A stretch of DNA of 64,000 nt from Macrostomum lignano (Eukaryota): NCBI GenBank assembly GCA_002269645.1, contig NIVC01003790.1:1-64000 (forward strand), given 5' to 3'. This document shows positions 37,134 to 46,952 of the stretch, piece by piece. Under the pieces are notes generated by a model. It saw nothing but the letters and a program-made list of their open reading frames with translations, did not search any database and had not been told where the DNA came from. Made by a program: the position numbers and the translations under genes. Each line of letters begins with the position of its first letter. Position 1 is the first letter of the stretch.

Positions 37134-39145
37134 TCAAAAACGAACGAACTTATTAAAACCGGCCGGCACGTCAGCGGCGAGGCCCAAAAAGAACAGTAGT
37201 TTCAATATGGCCAGTTCTAACGATGAAGCGTGCGGCGGATGAGGCGGAAGAGCAGCGGCCGTTCGACGGGCGACCTCCTTTATGGCCCGCTGCCTCTCGT
37301 CAGGTGAGGCGGCTCGGAAATCCGCTCTGATTCCTTCTGGCCAACTTTGGCAGAGCTGCCCCTTTTGTCCGGCTGATACTAGGAGCTCAGTGAGGATGAT
37401 GATGGCCTTCTCGGTGATGGAGCTCGGGCGATCGCTCTGCGTTTCTGCATCCACTAGCTGCGGTCGAGCCCGGATAGCAGCGCTAATCGCCTCCGCGAGT
37501 TCGGTCCGGCTGAATAGGCGGGGCGGCGACGGCACCGGTGACGGTCGGCGGAATCGAGGGGTCGACGGCGTGGGCGGCGTTGGGACCTCGTCCAGATTGA
37601 CGACGTCGGGTTGCGGCGGTGGTGTCAATACACCCAAATAGTGCCCTGGCGGTGGCGAGAGTGACGGAGGCGGCGTGTGCAGCACATCCTCCCTTGGATT
37701 CAGAAGATCCGGCGGATGCTCATTCGGCGAGACCTGCTTTCCCACGACGTCCTGGATAGGAGGCAGCAGATCTTCACCGGACTCTTCCTGCAGGGAGCTA
37801 CTCAGGCTACCAAGCAAGTCGAGCAGTTCTCCGTCAGGCGCTTGAGCCTCACCCGATTGCTGCGGATTAGGAGTGCCTTGCACTGGCCGGCTGGGCGCTC
37901 CTCCCTGATGGTCGGCGGTAGCTGGAAGTCGGGCATCGAATGGACTAGCTAGGGCCGGATTTAATCTACGGCGAATGACCTCCGCCCTTTCGTTGGCAAC
38001 CGCGAGACGATCCTCCAACGATGAGGGCTGCAGCGGAGCGAGTCGGCGTACCTCGATCCGAGGCTCCTGTCTGCGCTGATCGTCCCAACGACTGCGGCGC
38101 CTATGCGTCGTGTCCTGGGCCGGCGTCGGTAGGGCTTGCGTTCGGCGAAGCGGCAGGGCAGGCCGCGTGCGCTTCCGGCCACTAGCTGGTGAGGGCGTCC
38201 AGTGAGAACACCTCAGTTTTCCAAGCTGAAATTTGCGCCATTGAGCAGTGTGCCCAGCAACTGTTTCAGGCGAACATTAATAATTTTGACATTAATTTCT
38301 ACACTGATAGCCAAGCTGCTATTAAGGCCTTAACCACTGAGAATATCTCCGCTGCTACAGTATCTCAATGCCACCGCAGTGTGCAATCTCTCTCAGTCCT
38401 TAACAGGATTAGAATTATCTGGACACCTGGTCACAGCAACATCCTGGGCAACGAGCTCGCGGACTCTCTCGCCAAGGAGGGCAGCAACCCAGACGGCAAC
38501 CACCGTCTGATGAGGCTACCCACCCCCAGGTCGCAAGTCACCCGCCATATCAACAGGTGGCTCCATCAGCAGCACCAGCTCCACTGGAACAGCTGCACCG
38601 AGTACAGGCAGAGCCGCTCTGCCATGCCTAACCTGAACAGGAAAGTCTCTGATTATCTGATTTCGCTTAACAGAACCGACCTCAGGGAGATGTGCATGGT
38701 CCTAACCGGCCACGGATTCTTCCAGAGACATATATCGTTGCAAACCGGTTGCCCTCCCACCTGTCCCTTCTGTGGCATAGGAGAGGAGACCGCGGAGCAT
38801 CACGTCACCTTCTGCCCTTACTTCAACAAGGCGCGGCACAAATACCTCGGCCACCCCCAGCGGATGGACGAGCTGACCACCGCGGACAATATCCGAGACC
38901 TCCGCGCCTTCGTCCGGGACTCCGGCCGGATGAGGGTCGCCGATGCCTCCACTGCGGACCTGCCGACTACTGGCGGGGACTGGGCGCACCCCCAAGGCTA
39001 ATCCTTGTGCTCTTTTACCTTGGGGTTGCGATAGGGGCCTCGCGGCCTATTCGCGGCGCCTGCGCCCCCCGTCAGTAGTAGTAGTAGTAGAGGGCGTCCT
39101 AGAAGGCTCGCGGTCGCGCCTCTTCCGGTTTTCTTTACCCGTCAT
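37134..39145 (-). CDS. Gypsy ORF3 (non-env, 370 aa when reconstructed), interrupted by the LINE insertion
   Basis: Joining 38200 to 39100 gives one stop-free frame from ATG 39145 ([29 protein letters not shown]...) to the stop at 37134; 1113 nt. Confidence 0.8.
38201..39089 (+). mobile_element. 5'-truncated non-LTR retrotransposon (RNase H + CCHC end of ORF2; I/Loa/R1-type) nested antisense in the Gypsy element
   Basis: [28 protein letters not shown] (LINE-type RNase H lacking the first Asp motif), LTGH and CPFCG...EHHVTFCP, stop at 39001. (AGT)n tail at 39074-39089. 10-bp TSD GAGGGCGTCC at 38191-38200 and 39090-39099. Confidence 0.9.
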
Positions 39146-39151
39146 GCTGCT

Positions 39152-42100
39152 TTAATGTTGCTTTACAGCGCTGGAACAGGCACGAGGCCGGCGAAAAAGG
39201 TTGATTAACCGGCTCAAGTAGGACTTTGACTTTGGTTTAAGAACCAAGCGGTCAGGTTCCTTTCGAGCCCTAACTGGCCTGTCATTGACGGCCCATTCGA
39301 CTTGACTAGTTGATGGCAAATTGGCCGACAAAACATGACTATTATTTGGCAAATTGGCCGACATAACATGACTATTACATTGATTATTCCTATCAGAGTC
39401 TAGGTTAAACCTATCGCTAATTTCAATTTCAGGTCGCCTCTGCGTTTCAACTGTAGGAGCGGATGGAGCGTCGCAAGAATCATACGGCAGTGACTCAAGC
39501 TCAACTCTATTCTCCATAACTTCAGGTTCCTGGATGCGGACTTCGGTTGGACGCGCGCCTGGCTGAGCAGCTGATCGGAGTCGCCAGCGATAGGCGGGTC
39601 TCGTGTCCAGGTCGTCTTCTTCGTCAGAGTCCTCAGAGATGGCGGGGAGTGTCGCAGCTCCGGCGTCAGCCTGTCGAACTCGGCGTTGCTTCTTCGGCTC
39701 AGCTGGCCCTTCGAGATCTGCAATTGGATAATCTGAAGTGGGCACAAGGAGGAGGTTCCGGCGATGAACTACCATCTCGTCCGGTCGTTCTCGAGGGTGT
39801 CGAACTTTCCGTCGAATCTTGTAGACGACCTCTCCTTTGCTTTCCACCACTTCGTACAACGATCTCCTTGGCCTGTGAAATTTTGCTGCTTCGTCGTCGT
39901 GTAGGACCGGGTTGTTCAAGAAGACGAGATCTCCCGGCTGTAGCTTCTTAGCTGCTGGTCGGTTCTCGTAGTGCTCGTCTCGCGCTTGCTGATGCAGGCC
40001 TAGCCGTTCCTTGGCGAGGTCCGTGGCGTGCTTGAGGCGTTGGTGAAACTCTGCGACGTAATCAGGCAGGTTAGCGTACTCCGGGAGTAGCTTCAATGAG
40101 TTGTCGAGAGGCATCCTGTATTCTCGGCCATAGACTAAGAAGTAAGGCGTATAGCCTGTGACTGGATGAACGCTGGATCGAAGAGCAATCATGCACGCTG
40201 GCAGAAATGTGTCCCAATCGCGATGATCGTGCTCGAGGAGACATGTCAGAATGCTCTTGATCTGCTTGTTCAGATTTTCTACCAGTCCGTTGGATGCTGG
40301 GTTGTACGGCGTCGTTGTCGTGTGCCTGATCGCGTAGAGATCACAGAACTTCTTGAAGGCGTTTCCTGTAAAGTTCGTGCCTTGGTCCGTGTGAATCCAA
40401 GCTGGAACTCCGTATTCTGGAATAAATCGGTCCTGTAGTAATCGTATAACGGTTTTAGCTTTCTGATTTCTCATCGGATAAGCTATCGGAAACTTTGATG
40501 TCGCACAGCAGAGTGTCAGGATGTATCGATGACCTCCTTTGGACGGTTGCGCAATCGGTCCGATCACATCCATGTGAAGTCTTCCAAAAACTTCGCAGAC
40601 TGGAAAACTCTGGACTGGCACTTGCTGTTTTCGTCGTGACTTGCTCTCTAGGCAGGTTCGGCATTTGCTGACGTAGGTCTCAATGGCTCGGACTAGACCT
40701 GTTCGCCAGAATCTTTCGCGCACACGTTGGGCGGTCTTTCGCTGTCCTTGGTGTCCTGCTAAAGGCGAATTGTGGAGCTCGTTAAAAACTTCGTTGTCGA
40801 GAGCTACTGGTAAGACAATCTTCGGTGGAGTGTCTTTTTCCGTCATGTTGATCATGAGTAGATCTCGCTCGAGGAATAGTAACTCGTAGTATCCAAGCAG
40901 ATTCCGTTGCTCTCTGCTAAGTCGTAATCGATCGTCAAACGCTGGTTTCGGTTGATTCTCCTTGATCAACTTGTAAACGTAGCCAATAGCTGGGTCATCC
41001 TGTTGAGCTTTGATGAGCTTGTCGCGCGGCAATGGCGGCTTCAGATGATCCGTAAGCAATGCTCGGCAGCGCGGCAGACTTTGAGAAGTTGCGAGCTGGG
41101 GAGATGCTTCAGCTGTACGTGCTCTGTCTTCCTCGTATGCAGACTTCGTCACCTCTGCATAGGAACGCGTCGGTTTCGGCGTAGGACGAAGGCGCGTCAT
41201 GGCGCAAGACATATCGTCCACGCGTTGATAATGGGTGGTCGGCTGCAGGCTCATGGAAGAGCAACGAGACGGCTCGACCTGCTGAGTCTGTCGGCTCATG
41301 GAAGAGCAGCGGGACTCCTCAGCGGTAAATTTTCGACCGAGATCTGAACAGTGGCGCTCGACTGGGAGGGCTGCTGGAGCGGTGGCCTCCGAATCTTCGT
41401 CCAAGTCAGTCTCCAAACTCTGTAGGTAGACCTGATGGCTGTCGTTGGAGAGGGCTGAGGGTACAGTGGCCTCTTGAACTTCATCCAGATTGGTCTCCTT
41501 GAAGTGACGGCGAGCGTGGGTGGCTCGGCAGAGGGCTGCTGGTGCGGTGGCCTCTGTGTCTTCATCCAAGCTTGCTGTCTCCTGGCTTCGACGTGAACAG
41601 TGGAGAACTCGGCAGAGGGCTGCAGGTGCGGTGGCCTCTGGTTCGTTGTCCAAGTCGGTCTCTGCCTCTGGATCGCGATTGTGGGTCTTGATTGAGAAGG
41701 CTGCTGGTGCGGTGGCCTCTGAATCGATGCCCGGATCAGTTTCCTTAATGCGGCGACACTCACGCTGAGTGGTGTCTCCTGTCTCCTCGCGGTGGCAAGC
41801 CAGGACAGCGTCGACGTCTTGGAGTACTCCGTAATCGCATTCTAACGGAAGCGTGTCCGGGCGTCTTGATAGCGCGTCGGCGTTGGTGTGGTCAGTACCC
41901 TTGCGATGGGAGATGGTGAACTGAAATTCGCTGATCCTCTGGACCCATCGACCTAGAATCCCTGTAGATTCAGTCTGACGTAACAGCCAGAGCAAGGCCT
42001 TATGGTCACTTCTTACTTCAAACTTCTTTCCTATTAGGTATTCTCGAAAGTGTCGCATGGCATCGACAATAGCCAGTAGCTCCCGCTTGGTGACCGTGTA

Positions 42101-44100
42101 GCGAACTTCCGGGTCACGGAGCTTGCGACTGAAAAAGGCGATCGGTCGTTCTATTCCATCGGATTGTAGTTGTCCTAGACATGCACCGATTCGGGTGTCG
42201 GATGCGTCGGTATCCAGGATGAACTTGACCTTCGGATCCTCATTGAACTCTGGGAGGGCGAGTACTTCGGTTGAGCATAGCTTGCTCTTCAGAGTCTCAA
42301 AGGCAGTCTGATGCTGCTGCGTCCAATGACGCTGGAATCCTTGCAGGTCCTTGCGTGTCAATGCGTGTAACGGGGCAGCAATGCCCGAGTAATCCTCGAC
42401 GAACTTCTTGTAGTAATTGGCGAGACCAAGAAAGCTTCGTAGTTGACGAACAGTCCGAGGCGTTGGCCAACTGCGTATCTGCTCAATCTTGTCTTCGCTT
42501 GTCCGTAGGCCTTCCGGCGTAATCACGTGGCCTAGATAGTGGAGCTCCTTCTTGAATAAATGGCATTTCTTCGGCTTTAGCTTCAAGTTGGCGGCTATGA
42601 TTCGGTTTAGGACTTGTCGTAGACGGTCTAAGTGATCTTCGAACGTCACTGCGTGTACAACGATGTCGTCCATGTAACCAAGAGCGGCCTGCGGTGCTAG
42701 TCCTTCTAGCAGTTGGTTGATACAACGCTGGAACGATCCGGGGCTGTCGGTGAGTCCCATTGGTAGCACCTTGAAGCAGAATTGTCCACGATCGAGCACA
42801 GAGAAGGCAGTGATGTCCTGGTCTTCCTCACGGAGAGGGATCTGGTAGAAACCTTGTACCAGGTCGAGGCTTGAGTACCACTGCGCTCCTTTGAGTTTGG
42901 CGAAAGTTTCCTGAATGTGCGGGATCGGGTACGGGTGCTTCAGCGTCACATCGTTGATCGCTCTGAAGTCGTGCACAATGCGAATCGTCTTGTCCTTCTT
43001 TGGTACTAGGATCATCGGCGAATTGTAACTGGAGTACGTTGGCCGAATGATGCCTTTCTTCAGCATATCGTCGAGCATCTGATCCAGTTGCGGTCATGGA
43101 TGCGGAGGTATCCGGCGAGGAGGAATCGCGATTGGTGTCGAGTCGGTGAGCACTATCTCATGAGTTACCAGGTGTGTCAATCCGTGGTCCAACGGAGTTA
43201 GGGAGAATGCCTTCTCGCATTCCTTGAGTACTTCTTGAACCTGGTGCTTCTGGTGGCTGTTCAGCTGGTCTCCGACGTCGACCTCGTTGATCCTCGTTTC
43301 TTCTGTCGTTATCACTTGACGGACTTCTGGCTCATTCGACTCGCTGAAGTACTCGAGGTCCTGGGTCTTGAGTGGCGTGGCTACTCCCATTAGCATGTTG
43401 CGACGCAAGTGAACCTCCGTGTCTGATGGGTTGAGTACTTCCATCACTCCTCGACCTTCTGTCATCGTGTGCAGGACCGGGGCTGCGTCTAACTGGTGAT
43501 GCTTCGCTCGCAGTCCTGATTTGAGCGGTTCGATAATCATCGGTGAACCGTAGTTCTGCTGATGACCTTCGGCTAGTTTAATGGCGACGAGGCAGGAACA
43601 TTGAGGCGGCAGAGTGCATTTTTCAGCGACGTACACTCGGCAGGCTTTCAGTTCTCTCCTTGAATAGCGTACCGGAAGTCGGGTGCCTTGTCGGAATGTG
43701 AGCATTCCTTGCTGGAAGTCCAGTCCTTGGCAATGACTCCGCATGAAATCAATTCCTAAAAGATTTTCACAGTCTCCTTCGGCGACGAAGAATTCGGTTT
43801 CCGCGACATAGTCCCCGAATTCAATTGATAGGATAACCTTGGCGGCGAGACTTAACTCGGTCCCGTCGTACATAGCGACTCGGTTAGGATAAGCAGGTGC
43901 GACTATACAACGTGGTGAACGACGCCTAATGGCGGCCCAAGTGGACGCTCCGAGGAAGTTTCTTCTGCTTCCGCTGTCTAGCAGAAAGGCGACATCTCGT
44001 CGAGCCACTCGTCCTGTAATAAATGGGTCGGCGTCACGCGCATGGACAGTATTTACAAAGGAGGCGTCCACGAAACCTCCATCGTCCGTTTCTTCGATTA
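39152..44100 (-). CDS. pol: Gypsy pol polyprotein (protease, RT, RNase H, integrase) with one in-frame TGA at 43094-43096
   Basis: LLDSGS protease; LPMGL / YMDDI RT; LDTDAS...ELLA...SDH...NADALSR RNase H; HNSPLAGH...C..C zinc finger and DVIGP...TDQG...VEN integrase. Confidence 0.95.
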
Positions 44101-44117
44101 CTGACGACTCGGACGAG

Positions 44118-45275
44118 TCAGCTGCCGCGGCTGCGGGCCATACTCTTCCGGGGCGTGTTCGGTGTCGGCTGCATAGCCTGGGCTGGAGCTCGGGGGGCGT
44201 TGCCGTTTACGTCCTCCGGCCGGCCGTTTCCCGTAAACTGCTGAGATGATTGGCGTCTGTACGGACAATCTCTCGCCTTGTGTCCGTCTTGATTACACTC
44301 GTAGCACGTGTAGTGCGGCGGTCGGTTCGCTTGACCGATCACTTGATTGGCTGTGACTTGCTGAGCCAACGTGTTAAGCAGATGCTGCTGCTGCTGCATC
44401 ATTGCGGCTTGTTGCTCAACGACCTTTTCCAACTTCGAGAGGGCGCTGTTGTTGGGCTCCTTTGAGGCTTGTCCCTCCCCGTCCAACATTCTGACCGGGG
44501 GCTCCTTCGAACGATGAGCCAGGTCTTTGGCTAATTCCATCCTCTTCAGTGCTCGCAAGGCTTCGCTGAGTGTCGTAGGTCGGATCCAGAAAAGTTTCTC
44601 GCGGCAGTCTGATGACTTGCGAATCCCGCGCAGGAACTGGTCAATCAGTTCTTGCTCTAGATGGCGAGGCTCGAGCCAAGGGAAGGCTTGCTCTCCTAGC
44701 TCCTGCAGAGCATCGGCGTAATCTTCCGTTGATTCGTTCTTGCGCTGGCTGCGACCTCTGAATTCCTCTCGATATTCGTCTGGTCCTGAGAGTCGTGCGA
44801 ATCTCTCTATTAGCCGTTGCTGAAGCTGTCGATAGCTGATGCGGTCGGGCAGCCTCATGCGAAGTACCGCAGCGTAGGCCGAATTTAGGTCTAAATTCGC
44901 CAGCAATTGGGCCTTCTTGTCGTCTTCATCCTGTAGATCTTCTGCCTCGCATCGTAGGTCGAAAGCCTTTAGCCAAACGCGGATGTCCTGCGATGGCGTA
45001 TAGCTCTTCATCTTGACTTGCTTCTTAGGCTGTAGATCGAGCTGACGTTGCATGGCCTGCAGCATCCTGCGGATCATGTCCGGGTTGGTGTCACGTCCGA
45101 GGTTGTTGAGTCCTGCAAATGGATCTTCCTCCTCCTCTCTTGAGTCGTCTCTAAAATTAAATCTTAAACCACATGGTATGGGCGAACCTGCAGCAGCTGC
45201 GGCGGAGTTTCCGTTGTCCTGACGCGTGTGCTGCTGATCACCGATGAGATCTTCTCGATCACTGTCGTGAGACAT
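44118..45275 (-). CDS. gag: Gypsy gag with CCHC zinc knuckle
   Basis: 385 aa ORF; capsid-like WL..F / QF..G motifs; CYECNQDGHKARDC. Confidence 0.93.
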   Translation of the reverse strand: MSHDSDREDLIGDQQHTRQDNGNSAAAAAGSPIPCGLRFNFRDDSREEEEDPFAGLNNLGRDTNPDMIRRMLQAMQRQLDLQPKKQVKMKSYTPSQDIRVWLKAFDLRCEAEDLQDEDDKKAQLLANLDLNSAYAAVLRMRLPDRISYRQLQQRLIERFARLSGPDEYREEFRGRSQRKNESTEDYADALQELGEQAFPWLEPRHLEQELIDQFLRGIRKSSDCREKLFWIRPTTLSEALRALKRMELAKDLAHRSKEPPVRMLDGEGQASKEPNNSALSKLEKVVEQQAAMMQQQQHLLNTLAQQVTANQVIGQANRPPHYTCYECNQDGHKARDCPYRRQSSQQFTGNGRPEDVNGNAPRAPAQAMQPTPNTPRKSMARSRGS

Positions 45276-45488
45276 CTTGATGCTGACTTAGTCGTGGTAG
45301 GCGTGACTGATGACGTGTCCGAAAGGGTGATAGTTGAGTGGCGTTGACGTCGATTCGGTGACGTTCTCCTGCTTGCTTGTTGTATCCCGTATCTCGGATC
45401 CTTTGTCTCGAATCTCGAATCCTTTGTCTCGAATCTCGAATCTCAAATCCTTTGTCTCGAATCTCGAATCTCACCGCTGTTCCACCAG

Positions 45489-46469
45489 TGTAACGTTTGG
45501 TTGTCTCTTGGTTGTCTCGAGGTGGCCTGGCAGGTCTTTGTATCCCACCGCTGCCACCAGTGAAGTACTTCTCCTTCTCGGGTTCTCGAAGATGTTCCTG
45601 AAAATGGAACCCGCTGCTCCTGAAGAAGCTAGATAGCACCGCAGTACTACCTATCGATTTGCCTGAAAATGAAACTAAAACGTGCCGTTACTTGGTAGGG
45701 TTGCTGCCACCTTGGTGTGCGGACTCGACGCGTCGGCAGAGTTGTCTATCCGTCACCTGAAAGAAAATTAACAAAGTCGCTCGGAGCAAAGGCAAATCTG
45801 AAAAATGTCTCGACAGTCGATCGTCTTAGTAAATGCTGCTCGAACCTGAAAACCTGTAAAACCTGAAATGAGAGAGGAGAGCTCGGAGGCAGAGGCTTCA
45901 CGAGTTAGCCACAATGCTCCGCGAGACGACGCCGTCTGGAGAAAAATGGCTCGCAGATGCTCCGTATTTATAGCCGAGCGGACCCCCAAAAGTCACGTGA
46001 GTTTCATGCGGTGAGCGCGTGAAACTTCCTTATTTGGGCATTGGAATCATGCGAACGACGCGTGATCCAAGGCCAACTTCCAAATAAGGCAAGCCTGTCA
46101 CGCAGCAGTGGCGTGACTCAAGGTCAGTGGCCACGCACAGTGTGCGTGCACAGTCACGTGCTTAGTCTGTGCTAAAAATAGAAACGTGGGCGGATGAGTC
46201 ATCCTGTTTACTCCCTCTAGGCAGCCCTTACACTCCGCGCAGGTGATGAGTCATCCTGCTACGCCTCCTCAGCGCGAGTGGGAAGACATTGAGTGTGGCT
46301 GCCCGCGCCCGCTCAGGCGATGAGTCATCGGGCAGTAAACACTTAGGCCCAGCACAGGGTATCTCTCTCACTAGATCAGGTGGACTGAGCCACTGTGCAG
46401 CGGATCACAGCGCCCTTAGGGAAAGCTAGTGAATGCTGCTGAATAGCCAGTTAGCAGCCAGTCACTACA
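45489..46469 (-). repeat. 5' LTR of the Gypsy element
   Basis: Followed on the - strand by C + TGGTGG PBS; TATAAA at 45967-45972 (-). Confidence 0.97.
45967..46329 (-). promoter_or_regulatory. LTR U3 promoter: TATA box, three palindromic GATGAGTCATC AP-1-type sites, CACGTG E-boxes
   Basis: GATGAGTCATC at 46193-46203, 46245-46255 and 46319-46329 (and 9856 nt earlier in the 3' LTR); TATAAA 45967-45972 on the - strand. Motif match only. Confidence 0.6.
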
Positions 46470-46952
46470 ACTTGATTAACTTCAAGTCTGACATGGTGAC
46501 AATTGAACACCGACTTCTGTAGCCAATTTCCAAGGTCTGCTGCTGCAGTTAACTGAATATTCATTCAAGCAAAGTTAATTGAATTATGCTGGCTCTCAGC
46601 CTTTGACAAAAGTCTAGCTGGCTTGAATTTCCAATCCGAGGGCTGCTTGCTGGTCTATGAGTCGAGAGTTTCTCAGTTAGAAATCTGCGTGTTGACGTCC
46701 ATGGCCCTACCTGTTTTTGTTTATCAAATATCTGCTTTTGACCAAGGACCACTAGAAGTTACCGATGTCTCATCAGGACATTTAACGAGGTTTTGCCTTT
46801 AAAACAGACTTCATAGTCGTCTGTTGGAAATAAACTGATCCATTTAGTTATAAGCTGTTCCTGAGTGTCCCTGATAACAACGGTAACTCCTAGTGGTCCT
46901 TGCTTTTAGCTTTGGAGGCCAACAGGCCTGATCAAATCCTGCTGCCACGCCG

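Larger units (their letters stand above)
35633..46469 (-). mobile_element. Ty3/Gypsy LTR retrotransposon, young, 10.8 kb, with an extra ORF and a nested LINE fragment
   Basis: 981-bp LTRs (35633-36613, 45489-46469) with TG...CA ends and no differences seen by eye. 4-bp TSD ACTT (35629-35632, 46470-46473). PBS 45465-45487, PPT GGACGGGGAGAG 36614-36625, domain order gag-PR-RT-RH-IN. Confidence 0.97.

Noticed and set aside
38189-39001. RNase H ORF as a domesticated extra gene or env substitute of the Gypsy element
   Set aside because: It is 5'-truncated (no ATG start, first catalytic Asp missing), antisense, and bounded by a TSD and tail. A LINE insertion explains it fully.
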